Of a stretch of DNA of 64,000 nt, positions 1 to 13,330 are shown in pieces. A program made the position numbers and the translations under genes. The notes below the pieces were generated by a model, which was given only the letters and a program-made list of their open reading frames with translations, did no database searches and had not been told where the DNA came from. This DNA comes from Chiloscyllium plagiosum (taxonomy: Eukaryota): NCBI RefSeq assembly GCF_004010195.1, contig NC_057719.1, positions 31,587,468 through 31,651,467 on the forward strand. The letters run 5' to 3'. Every line of letters starts with the position of its first letter. Within the stretch, counting starts at the first letter, position 1.

Positions 1-1177
1 ACAAGTGAGGTGCCAGAAGACTGAAGGTGGGCTAATGCGGTGCCACTGTTTAGGAAGGGTGGTAAGGACAAGCCAGGGAACTATAGACCAGTGAGCCTGA
101 TGTCGGTAGTGGGCAGGTTGTTGGAGGGGATCCTGAGGGACAGGATGTACATGTATTTGGAAAGGCAAGGCCTGATTAGGGATAGTCAACATGGCTTTGT
201 GCATGGGAAATCATGTCTCACAAACTTGATTGAGTTTTTTGAAGAAGTAACAAAGAGGATTGATGAGGGCAGAGCGGTAAATGTAGTCTATATGGACTTC
301 AGTAAGGCGTTCGACAAGGTTCCCCATGTGAGACTGATTAGCAAGGTTAGATCTTATGGAATACAGGGAGAACTAGCTATTTAGATACAGAACTGGCTCA
401 TAGGTAGAAAACAGAGGGTGGTGGTGGAGGGTTGTTTTTCAGACTGGAGGCCTGTGACCAGTGGAGTGCCACAAGGATCGGTGCTGGGTCCTCTACGTTT
501 TGTCATTTACATAAATTATTTGGATGTGAAAATAAGAGGTACAGTTAGTAAGTTTGCAGATGACACCAAAATTGGAGGTTACAGGAGTTGGGAGGTCATG
601 CTGTGGCTGTACAGGACATTGGTTAGGCCACTGTTGGAATATTCAGTGCAATTCTGGTCTCCTTCCTATCGGAAAGATGTTGTGAAACATGAAAGGGTTC
701 AGAAAAGATTTACAAGGATGTTGCCAGGGTTGGAGGATTTGAGCTATAGGGAGAGGCTGAACAGATTGGGGCTGTTTCCCCTGGAGCGTCGGAGCTGAGG
801 GGTGACCTTTTTAAGGTTTACAAAATTATGAGGGGCATGGATGGGGTAAATAGGCAAAGTCTTTCCTGGGGTCAGGGAGTCCAGAACTAGAGGGCATAGG
901 TTTAGGGTGAGAGGGGAAAGATATAAAAGAGACCTAAGGGGCAATATTTTCACAGAGGGTGGCACGGGTATGGAATGAGCTGCCAGAGCAAGTGGTGGAG
1001 ACTGTACAATTGCAACATTTAAGAGGCATTTGGATGGGTATATGAATAGGAAGGGTTGGGAGGGATATGGGCCGGATGCTGTCAGGTGGGCCTAGATTGG
1101 GTTGGGATATCTGGTCAGCATGGACGGGTTGGACCAAAGGGTCTGTTTCCATGCTGTACATCTCTATGACTATGACT
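1..1177 (+). mobile_element. CR1/HER1-type LINE, 3' part of ORF2 (RT) plus 3' tail, with internal deletion near 578
   Basis: ORFs 40-384 and 418-798 carry CR1 RT motifs (GNYRPVSL, YMDFSKAFDKVPH, SGVPQGSVLGP, KFADDTK); ends in (CTATGA)n-like tail at ~1163-1177. Confidence 0.95.
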
Positions 1178-2204
1178 CAAAATGTTAACTATATTTTTCT
1201 CTCCGCAGATGCTGCCAGACCTGCTGAGTTTCTCCAACATTGTCCATGTGTCGTCCAATGTCTTTTTGACTTTGGTCTGTTGCTGCTCTGCGTGCTTAGA
1301 CATATTTAGCATGGTGCTCACTGAGACTGCATTGCAATTTCAATATCATTTCTGAAGCAGCCAGGTCAACTATTTTTTCTTCCTTTCTCAGCGCCTTGCA
1401 TGTGTCTCTCCTGCTATTTTTCCAAAATTTAAATGATTGTTTCCAATTAATTTTGTATTTTCTGATTTAACTGTAATACCAAAGTCAGATAGTAATGACT
1501 ATTATGTATTGATTTTTTTGCAAGCAAGTTATTTAAATAAACTGTAAAAATTCTGACCTGTCCCATTTAGGATTTAACATGCTTGACATAAATCCACTTC
1601 TTGCACTTGATTTCTGAATTGCTAGTGCTATGTGTTTAATTAATGTTGAATGTTGCAAAATGTCTTTTGAAAGTGCTGATTAGCCAGGTCATAAAACTTT
1701 TCAGTCCACATAGAATCTTACTTCCTGAAAGAGGTGGAGGAGATTGATTTTGCAGAATTTTCATCTTGGGAATTCACCCTGAAATTTTTGTTCCCAATTT
1801 GTTAGTAAAATACCTCGTTTTAAACTCAAATTTAAAATAACTAACAGAATTAAATAAACTATTGCTTTGTATCAAGAGATGCTGAAATATAGAGCAGTGT
1901 GAATATTTAGAACTTTTTAAAAATAAATCAAGCTTTACAGACTATAGCTGGGAAATTCCTCAAATCTGGTCCCAGTCTGTCAGTGTTACTTTGCCAGAAG
2001 CATGCAGAAAACTATGTTCAAGTACAAAGATAGCAATAACTCCTTCACCTAAATACATTAACTTAATATAGTGCCTGGATATTGTGTTTAAGATTGCAAT
2101 GATTACATTACAAACTAGATAAATTATCAAGACACAGAAAATCCTGCGAACATTGCTAACATATAAAATGGTAAATAAAAAGCATAACATTTTCTAGACA
2201 TTAC

Positions 2205-2344
2205 CGTATTGGATAGAATGCGGGTTTGATACTTGCTCCAGAAGTTCCTTGAGTTTGTCGGTATTTTGCTGTTTCAATGAAAAAGTGAGTAATAGTTCAT
2301 CTGAGGCTGATACTCGCCCTACATGTATCCATCCATTAGGAAGA
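2205..2344 (-). CDS. TPP1: TPP1 coding exon 3 (prodomain), 140 nt
   Basis: ttttctgcag acceptor and gtaatg donor; encodes (S)LPNGWIHVGRVSASDELLLTFSLKQQNTDKLKELLEQVSNPHSIQY(G), matching human [48 protein letters not shown]; phase continuous with exon 2. Confidence 0.93.
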
Positions 2345-2809
2345 CTGCAGAAAAACAGATAACTCATTACAGATACATGTCCAATACATTGAGTGTTGTG
2401 CATATTAGGGTCATACAGCCTTTATTATTCAATCACAAAAATTGAAAAAAAAAATCCAGGAAACTCTTTCACAAAAGGATTATCAAGTAAAGGTTTGAAA
2501 GAGAACTGCTGAATCGGCTCAAGTGAAAAATAAACACATGTTTCATTCTCCACAATAGTTCTACAGGTGTCCAAATACACATTTGTTCTGTCACCTTTGG
2601 CCTTGGCAACATCTTAACTCGCTGCCATCCTGATTATTCCCTTGGTACAGTCCCAATTCCATACGGCCCCATCTATCAAATGTTTATAATGCATTTTTCA
2701 ATGTATCTGGTAAACAACCAGTTTAGTCATCAATGAATTCATACACAATAACAACTTATTTTTTTCTGTCTAAAATTCACAATATTCCCAGATCATTTTA
2801 TTTTCTTTT

Positions 2810-3550
2810 CTCATGATATGTGGGTGTTTCTGACTTGCCAGCATTTATTGCCTGTCCTAGTTGCCCTACAGATTTTGGTGGTGAGCTGCTTCCTTGAACT
2901 TAGCTGCAGTCATGAGCTAATAGGTAGACCCGCAATTCTGTTCGGGAGGAATTCCAGGATTTGCGCTCAGCGACAGTGAAGGAATAACTATAACTTTCCA
3001 AGTCAGGACAGTGTGTGATAATCAGCAGGTGGTTTTCTTGTCCATGTTTAACCTGCTACAATGAAACTTCATGGATTCTGGAGTAAATGTTGAGGACTAC
3101 AGGAAGACTCCCTTCCAACGGTACATCACCACCTCTGCTAGGTCTGTTCTGAACATATCCTAGAATGGTGATGGTGTTTCGAACATTGCATGTAAGGTAT
3201 GACTCCATGAGTCTGACTATGTCAGGCTGTTGTTTAACTAGTCTAAGAGACAACTCTTCCAATTTTGGCACTAGCCCCAGATGTTAGGAGTCAGCAGGGC
3301 TGTTTGTAGCATGGTTGTTTCCAGTGCCCTGGTGAGATTTTGTTGCAATTGATACAACTTGCTAAGCCTTTTTGGATGGCAGTTGAGAATCGATGTTGGT
3401 CTGGAGTCACATGTAAGCCAGAGCAGGTGAGGAAGGCAGATTTCCTTTCCTGAAGGTCATTAGTAAACCAGATGGGTTTTTCTGACAATCAACAATAGTT
3501 TCATGGTCATCATTAGACTTTTCTACCATTTTTATTTCATTTACCATGTT
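2810..3550 (-). mobile_element. Internally deleted L2/CR1-clade LINE: SINE-like head + endonuclease N-terminus + 3' tail
   Basis: ORF 3056-3271 PKLEELSLRLVKQQPDIVRLMESYL (APE endonuclease start); 3380-3540 matches the tRNA-SINE body; ccagcatttattgcc tail at ~2838. Confidence 0.7.
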
Positions 3551-3569
3551 CTGCTCTCTTGACTGATTC

Positions 3570-4800
3570 CCACTGAACCTCTGATCCACTCAACATCTCT
3601 TCTTGGACCTGATTCTAAGTCATGTCACGTATGGTATGGTTTCCTTTCTTCTTGTACTTTCACTTTCAAAATTACCATCAATATTTCTTACTAGAAAAAA
3701 ATGCCCGTCACCTTCTTGTTTTTGAAAGCTACCTATTTCCCCATCCATAACATTCAACTTCGCTCCAATTTCTTCAAATGTCTTTTCAGATCCCAAATTC
3801 TATTTTCCTACAGCTCCTTGTCAGAAACCTTCTAATCAGATTTCCTACTACAACTCTTAACCAACATCTCTAATGGCATGCTCTGAAACTTTGGTGACTT
3901 ATCTGTCCTTTCCTCCTTTAGCTTCCTGTAGCCTTTGACACTATTGAGCTGAACATCTTCCTCCAACATCTCTCTTCTCCACCTCAGCAGGATAAGTCTT
4001 GTTTTGTTATCCAAATCAGAGCCACAGAATCTTTCAATATCATACCATTACCATTGAGACCTCCAGTGATCGGTTTCTGTCTTCTCCCCTATCTCATTTA
4101 TAGGGTTCCCCTCAGCAATATCAAACTGGGATCAACTTCCAACTGGCTTTGACATCAAGCTGTGTTCCCTAATGACATTGCGTTGGCACATAGCTTGTTT
4201 ATCAGACACTATTTAACCAGCAGAATCTTGCTCAAACTAAAATTGATGTCGCTGTTCTGCCATAAACAGTTTCTCTCAGTTCCATTCCTATTACTGGCCA
4301 CTGCCTCCAACTGAACTAGTCTGTTTACAGCCATGACATCTGATTTGACACTGCACAAGCTTCTGACTCCCAAATGTCCTACAAAATCAATATTCTCTTG
4401 TCTTAGCAGCTACACTTCTAAAATCTTTATCCATCACCTCTATCTTTCAATACTGCCTTGGTCAGCGATCAATTCTCATCATACAGTAAACTTCACTCTA
4501 ACCTCAGCTACTTGCAACCTGTCTGCCATCAAATCCTATGCATTCTTCTTTGATTCACATTGACACCTTATCCCCCCAACTCCTTTAATATTCATGTTTA
4601 ACTCTTTGAAACTATATCCCTAACCCATTTCTGACTTCTCCTAGTCCTGTCGTCCACAACTTGCCATTCCTCTGGTGCTAATCTCTTATGCATTGTGTCT
4701 ATTGGTGGTTGTGTGTTCAATGAACTAGGCCGTATGCTCTAAAATTCTTGCCCTAAATCAGATGCCCCCACCCCCCCCAACCTCATCGTCCTCTTCAAGT
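3570..4800 (+). mobile_element. Highly decayed LINE (probably L2-like) fragments
   Basis: C/T-rich decayed sequence with weak L2-like character; no clean ORF. Confidence 0.3.
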
Positions 4801-5403
4801 CTGGCCAATCTTTTGCTTATTTTTCCTATTATTCCCTCCCGTACAATCCCTGTGAAGTGCCGAATGTTGTTTTCCTCATATGTTACTGTGACAAAAGCTT
4901 TATACAGCTAACGGTACAAATGAGTTCTGAGTGTTTTGTTCACACCTTCCAGTTGTGGTTTATGCAGCTTCTATTTGCAGAAGCTGCCTTAAACAGGGGA
5001 TGTTCATGTGACACTGACACATTTCAAACAGATATGGCACAAGACAAACGTTGCTGGTGAAAATATAATATATAATGTTAAAGCAATAACTGCAACTGAT
5101 CAATAATGTCAGCAACAAGTGCACATGGCAGCAATTACGGAGGCAGATGCTGCTGTATGATTTACCCACTGAAGTACTGCTGGTTTTTGTATCTGTAGGC
5201 TATTGCCCAGTTAGGTCTGATTCTGGTCTACAGTTTGAAATCAGCTCGAATTTTACGCAGAATGAGTAAATTGCTCCTCAAGCATTAAGAATTCAGAAAT
5301 TATCATGTGGGCGGACTCGTCAACTTAACAGGGAGTCAGCGGAATGGCATGACATCGTTCCCTGCTTCAAAGGGCAATCACGAGGTCCGTCTCTTGCACT
5401 TAC

Positions 5404-5490
5404 CTAACATTCTGATCTGGTTCCAGGTAAACACCGTGGCTGGAAGAGATCACAGCACTGCAAATACAAAACACCACGAACGAGCACCTC
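5404..5490 (-). CDS. TPP1: TPP1 coding exon 2 (signal peptide), 87 nt
   Basis: tctttgtttgcaacag acceptor and gtaagt donor; encodes (G)RCSFVVFCICSAVISSSHGVYLEPDQNV(S): hydrophobic signal plus EPDQ as in human SPEPDQRR; phase 2/2. Confidence 0.9.
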   Translation of the reverse strand, partial: EVLVRGVLYLQCCDLFQPRCLPGTRSEC

Positions 5491-5692
5491 CTGTTGCAAA
5501 CAAAGACAGAGATTTAGGAGAGGGAACGCGGGCACGCAACTCTAAAATACCGTGAATTCTCTTTCAAATCACGTTAATTCGATATCGTTATGGAAGTCAT
5601 CAGCGTTTCTCGCCCTAAATATCTAGATTCTCGAAGTTCGGTTAAGGATGGCGAAAACGAGTTGGTTGGTTCACTACAGACTTGAGACCTAC

Positions 5693-5703
5693 CCAGAGGC
5701 CAT
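5693..5703 (-). CDS. TPP1: TPP1 coding exon 1 (ATG GCC TCT GG | gtaggt)
   Basis: Short phase-2 first coding exon, as in human TPP1; joins exon 2 in frame to give MASGRCSFVVF... Confidence 0.8.
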
Positions 5704-5899
5704 TGATAAAGAACTGTCAGGGAGGACGCGACTCGTCGCTGCCCAAACTCACTCTGCAATGAATTCACTCAGTCTGCTGTGTAAGTACTTCCGGGACGTA
5801 CTGCACCACAACTCGAATATTACTGGTCATGGAGCTCTTCAATTCCAAAATAGTCCTGCAAAGATATATTTCCCAGCAAATGTTTTCAAAGCTAATTGT

Positions 5900-6630
5900 T
5901 TTGAATAAAGTACGAAAGATGGACGTTTGTTTCAAAGGGTCGAGGATGACTTGCTACCACTCCGAGGAGGATAAATACTTCAATCCTGGAGCCTCAGGCT
6001 CTGCCCAAGAGCCGGTGCAGGTTTGATGATGGAGATGAGTAGGACATTCTGGTGTGCTTTCTACTGCCTGCACGTGACCTCTGAGCATCACTGGGTGCAT
6101 GAAGTGTTTGGTGCCTTCACCAGTTTGTGCTTTCCAGGGCAAGCGATTCCTGTGTGTTGGTGGGATGTTGTATTTGCTTAGGTAGGCTTTCTGGATATCC
6201 TTATAGCATTTACTCTGCCCACCTTACCAAACGTGGAGCTCAGAGTAGAGTGTATTCAGGGAGTTTTGTGTCTGGCTTGTGAGCAGTGGGGCTCACCTAC
6301 CACATCTGGCTATGCTTGTCCCGTGCCTGGATACTAGCAGAATTGGTCTAGGAGAGAACACTTGTATTGGAACATGTATACTGCCAGTGGATTGGCAGCA
6401 TTTTATGAAGGGTTGGTGTAACCCTCCAGTGATTTGAGCTGTCTACACAGTCCACGTTTTATGATCTTGCATTGCAGAAGCATACTGAAGGTTGGGGACC
6501 ACAGCTGCTCAGTAGACTATGAGCTTAGTGTTGAGTTTGCAGTCTTGGGCTTCAACCACTCTGGTTACTCAGGCATCTGAAGGCTGCGCTGGAATTGATG
6601 TTGATTTCATTGTCAATGTTTACTCGCAGC
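5900..6630 (-). mobile_element. Decayed RTE-clade LINE 3' fragment
   Basis: Minus strand near 6195-6225 reads GGQSKCYKDI, resembling the RTE C-terminal GGQxKRYKD motif. Confidence 0.55.
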
Positions 6631-6760
6631 AAGAGAATTATTTCAATTTGTTTGCACAAGCCCACGTGATTTTTTTCTCTTGCCTTTGATATGGTCACTA
6701 ACCCCACCACCCTCCAACATCTTTCAGTTAATTATCTAGCTGAGTAAGATTATCTTTGAG

Positions 6761-6954
6761 GAGAAAGTGAGGTCTGCAGATGCTGGAGATCAGAGCTGAA
6801 AATGTGTTGCTGGAAAAGCGCAGCAGGTCAGGCAGCATCCATGGAACAGGAGAATCGACGTTCCTGAAGAAGGGCTTATGCCCAAAACGTCGATTCTCCT
6901 GTTCCCTGGATGCTGCCTGACCTGCTGCACTTTTCCAGCAACACATTTTCAGCT
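6761..6954 (+). mobile_element. Palindromic Penelope-derived mini-element with a hammerhead motif in the loop
   Basis: ~69-bp inverted repeat 6794-6862 / 6886-6954; loop CTGAAGA-A-GGGC-TTAT-GCCC-AAAA-CGTC; arms match the termini of the Penelope elements at 7525 and 57730. Confidence 0.8.
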
Positions 6955-7524
6955 AAGATTATCCTTGCTTGTTAACTTAAAGTGCTATGTCCTTTTCCTA
7001 ATATTTCTATTCATTCATGTGGGTATTTCTGGCTCAGTCAGTATTTATTGCCCATCTCTACTTGATCAACAGAAGGCTAGATTTTACTGTATAGTAAAAT
7101 GACTGCATAGTATCCAAGGTGGTGCACAATCACCAGCAAACATAATAGGTCTGACCTTCAGAGGAAGTGAAAGTCTTTGTGAAATAGCTGAAGGTGGTTA
7201 GGATATAGCACACCACCCGACAGAAATCCTGCAGTGATGTCCTGTTGCTGAAATGATTGACATTTAACCACCAGATCCATCTTCCTTTTTGGCTAGATAT
7301 AACTCCAATTGATTCCTAGCTTAATTAGGCAAAATTTGGACTTTATAGCTTGTACCAGATTACATTTTGATTTTGATCCGGTGCTGACAAACATTATCTT
7401 GGTTATGCTACTCCGTATTCTGAAGCCTTGTAATCCTGAATTCATTCTCTGCTCGGTCATTAAAATCAATGCATTGTTACCTGATCAGTGATACTCCTTT
7501 TAACATTGAATCCTTTGTCATAAA

Positions 7525-8840
7525 GAGTGGGTGCTGGAAAAGTACAGCTGGTCAGGGAGCATCTGAGGAGCAGAAGAGTTGATGTTTCTATTATAAGCTC
7601 TTAATCAGGAATGTGGAATGGAGGAAGAGGGCTGGGAATGCGATAGGTAGATGAAGGTGGGGGGTGATGGTGATAGGTCGGAGCAGATAGGTGGGAAGGA
7701 AGGTAGACAGCAGGACAGTTCAAGAGGGTGGTGCCGAGTTGGAGGGGTGGATCTGGGACACATTGATCCTGTGTGGTTGGAGGGTGCCAAGGCTGAAGAT
7801 GAGGCATTCTACCTCCAGATGTCAGGTGGCTAGAAATTGGTGGTGGAGGCTGGGGGTGAACTGTTCAACCACAGGGCAGTGGAGTTGTCTAGTGCGAGTG
7901 ACCCAGAGATTTCTCTGAAATGTTCCGCAAGTTGCCGTTCTGTCTCCACAATGTAGAGGAGACCATGGCGAGAGCAACAGACACTGTAGATGACGTATGT
8001 GGAGGTGCAGGAAAATCTGTCGGATGTGGAAGGAGGGGCCTTGGATGGAGGCATGGGCCAGTTTGACACCTCTTGTGGTGGTAAGGAAAGATGTTGGGAG
8101 TGGAGGGTGGGGTAGACCTAATAAGTGAGTCATGGAGGGAATGGTCTCGATGGAACCCAAATAGGGGTAGAGAAGGAAATATCTCTGTGGTGGTGGGGTC
8201 TGTTTGAAAAGGCAGGGGATGATGTGTTGTATCTGGAGGTTGGTGGGATGGAAGGTGAGGAGCTGGGGGGTGGGGTCTGTACTTCTTGCAATTGGAATGG
8301 TCAGGTTCAAGGCGGAGCGGTGGGAAGTGGAGGAGATGCACTAGAGGGCATCATTAACCATGTGGGAGGAGGTCACTGAAGGAGGTAGCCATCTGGGATG
8401 TTCTGTGGTGGAAATGGTCTTCCTGGCAGCTGATGTTGTGGAAACAGAGGAATTGGGAATAAGGGATATCATTTTTACAGGAGGCAGGGTGGAAGGAGGT
8501 GTAATCCAGGTAACTAGGAGTCAATGGGTTTGATTGTAGATGTCAGTGTTGAGTCGGTCACCAGAAATGGAGATGGAGAGGTACAGGAAGGGGAGGCAGG
8601 TGTCCGAGATGGTCCAGGTAAACTGGAGGTCATGGTGGAAGGTTTTGTGAAATTGATGAACTGTTCAACCTCTTTGAGGTGCTGCCAATACAGTCATCGA
8701 AGTAGCAGAGGAAAAAGTGGGGAATGGTGCCGGTGTAGCTGTGGAATATGGACTGTTGAGGCAGGCATAGCTGGGGCCCATGGCTACCTCTCTGGTCTGG
8801 AAGAAGTGAGGGGATTCGAAGGAGAAATCGTTGAGGGTTC
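7525..8840 (-). mobile_element. Penelope-like element (RT + GIY-YIG endonuclease), decayed
   Basis: ORF 7830-8069 FSCTSTYVIYSVCCSRHGLLYIVETERQLAEHFRE (GIY-YIG); ORF 8630-8842 YFDDCIG (RT); terminal repeat with degenerate hammerhead at ~7577-7610. Confidence 0.85.
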
Positions 8841-11800
8841 ATCCTTTGCTAATGAAATTTCCTACAAATACCTACCCTCTCATTGAAAAGAAAGCCATAA
8901 ATTAATTATTAATGTCTTTGCATTCCAACCCATTTTGGAATTTTGCCCGAACAGTTACAGCCCTTTGCTGTACATGGGTGAAGGGTCTTAAAGGTTTAGT
9001 ATGGAGGAGTGCCCAAAGCACCATTAGAATCTTGAATGAGTATGACATAACAGCTGGGTCTTCCTTATTGTGACTTCCACATCAATGAAACCTGTACTTA
9101 ATTGCCACTACAGAAACTACTCCTGTTCAATGCCTCTGAATTAGGAAGCACAGGTTCAAGTCTGTTCTGCTCCACAGGCATGACATAACATCTCTGAACT
9201 GATTGATTAAAAACTGTTTATAAGAGCCTCTTGTGTTAAACCAGTGAGTTTTCCTCTACTACACTAAAACAAACAGGTTCCCAGAGCCCTAAAGATGATT
9301 TGATTTGACTACATACATCATTCCTGTCCACCCGTAATATGCTTTGTATCTCTTTATAATGAAAGCAGTGCTTTAGAATACATGACAATTTCCATTCGTA
9401 CGCCATGCTTATGAACTGTATTCTGCATCTTTATTCTCTGCCCAACCAGAGAACAGGTGAGTTATTCACCATGCATTATTACCTCAGACAACACAATATC
9501 ACATGACTAAATCATTAATACAGTAGGTATACTTTGCTCTACATTTATTTACATAAATACAAAGATATAGGAAATCTATTAAAAACAGTATTTTTAAGAA
9601 CAATCTGGATTAATAGGTCCATTAGAGAAAGTTGACTTTTTAAACATGTGCTTGAAATGTAACAGTCCCCTCTGACCAATCAGAAGAATTTAAGTTTTCT
9701 AAATTGTTTGAGATTAAATGATAGCTTTGGAGGTATGGTCAAAACTTAAAACTAGTAGTTGGAATCATCACAGTTATGAAACAATTTTCAAGCAGTGCCA
9801 ATTTTTCTGCAGTCATTAAGCGATTAAATGTCAAGTCTTCGTGTCATGGTTGAGATTGGAATAAGGGCCTGCAATAGTTGACATTTCTTCTGCACATTTC
9901 TCTCAGACCAGTCATCAGCTCATATGGATGTTATAAAGTAAATTAATATTTCAAGTTAATTAATACTTCAAAAAAGCTGTCAGAAGAAAACATTTAATTT
10001 GTGATTAGGAACCTGGTACATGTAGTTAAGAATTTCTTGTCATCTATAGTTACTCAAAATAAACCCTTAAGTCAACACTGCTTGAAACTAAATAAAACTA
10101 AAACAGATGAATGCATCGTGATATGACTATTTGATCATGCATTCCTGTTATCAGCTCTCTGAAGTAATATTAGTTTTTCATTTATAACCAGAGGTGGAAA
10201 AAGATCTAGTTCTGTTTCTATTTCTAATCAGCAATTCTATTCAACAGATATTTTCTCTGCTCCCTTTTGAAGGTATCAAATAATCCCAGACCAGCATGCA
10301 TATTTTGAACATGTTATCAAGTTAACTAAGTTGCACATTTTTATATATGGACTCTGAACTGAGCAAGCTTGATTAGACAAGTGAGTTCAGAGTGCATAAT
10401 ACGAAGGAAACGTATTTATTTGACAGATGAAGTTTATATACACTAATTTAAAGTCTAGCTCTAAAATTTTAAGTCTTAATTTGTGTATTTTAATATGGAG
10501 CTTAGCAAAACCTAAATATAATACCTTTGAAAACTAATTTGAACTGCATTATTGTGCATTTGGATCATCAGAGTTCTTTAATAGCCAGAGGAAATATATA
10601 TAACTAGCCTTGAGAAACTTATGGCATTCTTTATTCACAATGTTAAAAAAAAATCAAAACCTTCTCCGTTTCCTATATCTCTCTGTGCTACTGGCAAGGT
10701 TAGACTCAATCACCTTTAATTCCACTCAGGAAATGATCATGGGAAGGCACAGCAGCAATCATCTTGTGGGCATTCTCATAGCATTTATTTGGTGCTGCTC
10801 TGAAAGTAACATGAAATAAACTGAGTGAGTGGAAAAGTGCTTATCTCGTGCTCTACCATTGTGAAACAGTATATTCAGGACTTATGTCATACTGGGCACG
10901 CCATGTTAATGGAAGTTATGCAGAGTGCAGCCTGTTCAAATTTCTCAGCCAGCAAATCATTTCAATAATCACCTCAAGTGCTTCCGTTTGATTTGCAGGA
11001 AATAGTAAGAAATTTATTAGCAGCCATAGGGCTCAGTTAACGTCCATCTTGAAGTGTTCAGCTTATTACAGCTTGTATGAAGGAACATTAGGTAAAAATA
11101 TGAAAACATAGTTTAATGACTTATTTTCCCCTGAAGAATGAATACAGAACTTCTAAGAAAATTGTTAGTCCATCTTCAATTCAACTAGTTTACTGTGGTA
11201 CTTGTTGCTTCCTTTGGAAATAGTTTCAGACTGCACTATGAAGAAATGCAAATTGTTTCTGTATTATACTTTGTGCTCTTAATTTACCCAAAAAAGAAAA
11301 TCCCTCACAGAATGGCCCAGTGGATGTGACATATATCGGCAGGCAACTTCTTCCACATAGGGCATTGACTGCATCCTCCACAAGCATCCATAACACACAA
11401 TTCCTCCATAAGCTGAATTCTTGCAGAATCATTGGGTAAAGAACAGGAGTGAATGGCCAGGCTAATTTCCCCCTTTTATAACCAAAGAATATTAAGATAA
11501 GGCTGTTACTGAGATAATTGCTTTCAGAATCCTGCTCAAAATGTTTCTCTCCCTTTATTAAATGTGAAAAAAGGGTCAAGCTGTGAAACCGCAGAAACCA
11601 CTCATCATATACTGGCTAGAGGCCTCCATTTTCTCAGACAGCATGAAAAATCCAAGCACATGTTTAGCACATTTAAAGAATGCTCAGGCAATAATCAAAA
11701 AACCATCATTGTAGACAACAGGAATTAAACATCGGCCAAGGAACTGTCAAGATTAAATTGAAATCAATACCATCTCATTTACAATACAAACTCATTACAA

Positions 11801-12014
11801 AACACTTTAAAAAAAAAACTTGTATGTATTTTATACATGTATGTACATTTGCTGTGCATTTAAAATCATTAAGAAAAACAACCTGAACTTTTAAAATATT
11901 TAACTGATGGTAAATGTAATCCCAGCATCCAAATTTACCAAGGCTGTTCAATCTTAAAAGATGCAAATTAAGTAGTTCAATTTCAGGAAGTTTAGTTTTA
12001 TTATAAATTAAAAG

Positions 12015-12115
12015 CTAATCAGTAACTGAAAAATAGTAATCTTCATCCTCTGTGTCATCTGATTGAGTATCTTCTCTACTCTTGAATACTGTTCCTATGT
12101 TAGACTTCTGTGCAC
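12015..12115 (-). CDS. MIS18BP1: MIS18BP1 last coding exon (stop TAG at 12015-12017)
   Basis: tttttcag acceptor; encodes (G)AQKSNIGTVFKSREDTQSDDTEDEDYYFSVTD*, matching human C-terminus ...SGIGKLF...EEEKDYYFSNSDSA. Confidence 0.9.
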
Positions 12116-12879
12116 CTGAAAAATATAGTCAAATTTCAAAAGCTATTGCAACTAGCAAAACATTACGTGTGTAGACCTGTACAACTATTAATCTGAGAGT
12201 CAAAGCCCAAGGCCTTACTTACCTGCAAGTTGGCGAGTCAGCAGACCTGTGTTTCAGCAGATGGGAGTGGGACAATACACATTGATTTGGATTTTATTGT
12301 CATGTGTACTTTACAGTAAGAATACAATAAAAAATGAAAAGTGATCATTCAGAGAAAGGTTTCAGGTCTTCAGTTTCTGCAAGTTGAACAGAAATTTTCA
12401 CTATCTCATACACAGGCAGCAGCTGGGAGTCAGTGCATGCCAAGTTAAAGAAGAAAATCAGTGGTGTTGCAGCAAAGTCATAAGCTGATGTTTGGTGAGT
12501 ATCTAGTGCAAGTGTCAATTTGCAAAGGGTAGGTTCTGGGAACCAGTTGGTTAATAAATTTACTATTTCAATTATATAGTCTGAAAGTAAGCTTAAGACA
12601 TGGCTGAATAGCTGAGCTGCATGGAATACTTAAACTGTATCATTTGGGGAGACATATGCCTAGACAATCACATGTCTCCAGTCGCAAAGCTTTGAGCTTC
12701 ACATTGTGAAACTTGGTCCCAGATTGGAGACACTGTGCTGCATCCAGAAAACGGACAATGATGGATTGCAGGTTTAACAAAGCAGTCACACCACAGATTA
12801 AGTGCATGTAATTGGAGGGGTAATGGGTAAGCTGTCTAATAAGACTAAGCTGGAAGTACAGGAGTTCTGACTCTGTTTA

Positions 12880-13330
12880 AAATTCAGTTGTGGAATGTGG
12901 GCTCTGCTGGCTGGCTAGCATTCATTGCCTATCTCTAATGGGCTTTGAGAAGTTGTTGTGCTGCCTTCTTGAACTGCTGTAAGTCCACGTGCTGTAGGTT
13001 GACCTACATTACCCTTCGGGAGGCAATTCCAGGATTTTGACCCAGTCACAGGTGAAGGAACGGTGATATATTCCCAAGTCTGGATGGTGAGTGGCTCGGA
13101 GGTAGTGTTTCCATGTATCTGCTGCCCTTGTCCTTCTAGATGGAAGTTGTGGTGGGTTTTCCCTAGATAGTGTCAAGCTTCTTGAGTGTTGTTGGAACTG
13201 CACCCATCCAGGCAACTGGATTCCATCACATTCCTGACTTTGTGCCTGGTAGATGGTTGACAGGCTTTGAGTAATCTGGAGATGGGTTACTCACAGCAGT
13301 ATTCATAGGCTCTGACCAGCTCTTGTAGCC
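12880..13330 (-). mobile_element. 3' end of the L2/CR1-clade LINE family that shares its tail with the tRNA-SINE
   Basis: Collinear with 2810-3050 (gctggctagcattcattgcct...ttccaggattttgacccag...). Confidence 0.65.

Larger units (their letters stand above)
5270..5830 (-). promoter_or_regulatory. TPP1: CpG-enriched TPP1 promoter/first-exon region
   Basis: Local CpG density clearly above the CpG-depleted flanks; spans exons 1-2 and the sequence upstream of the ATG. Confidence 0.6.

Noticed and set aside
8900..12000. FANCM 3' exons expected from human synteny
   Set aside because: No recognisable ERCC4/HhH coding sequence on the plus strand
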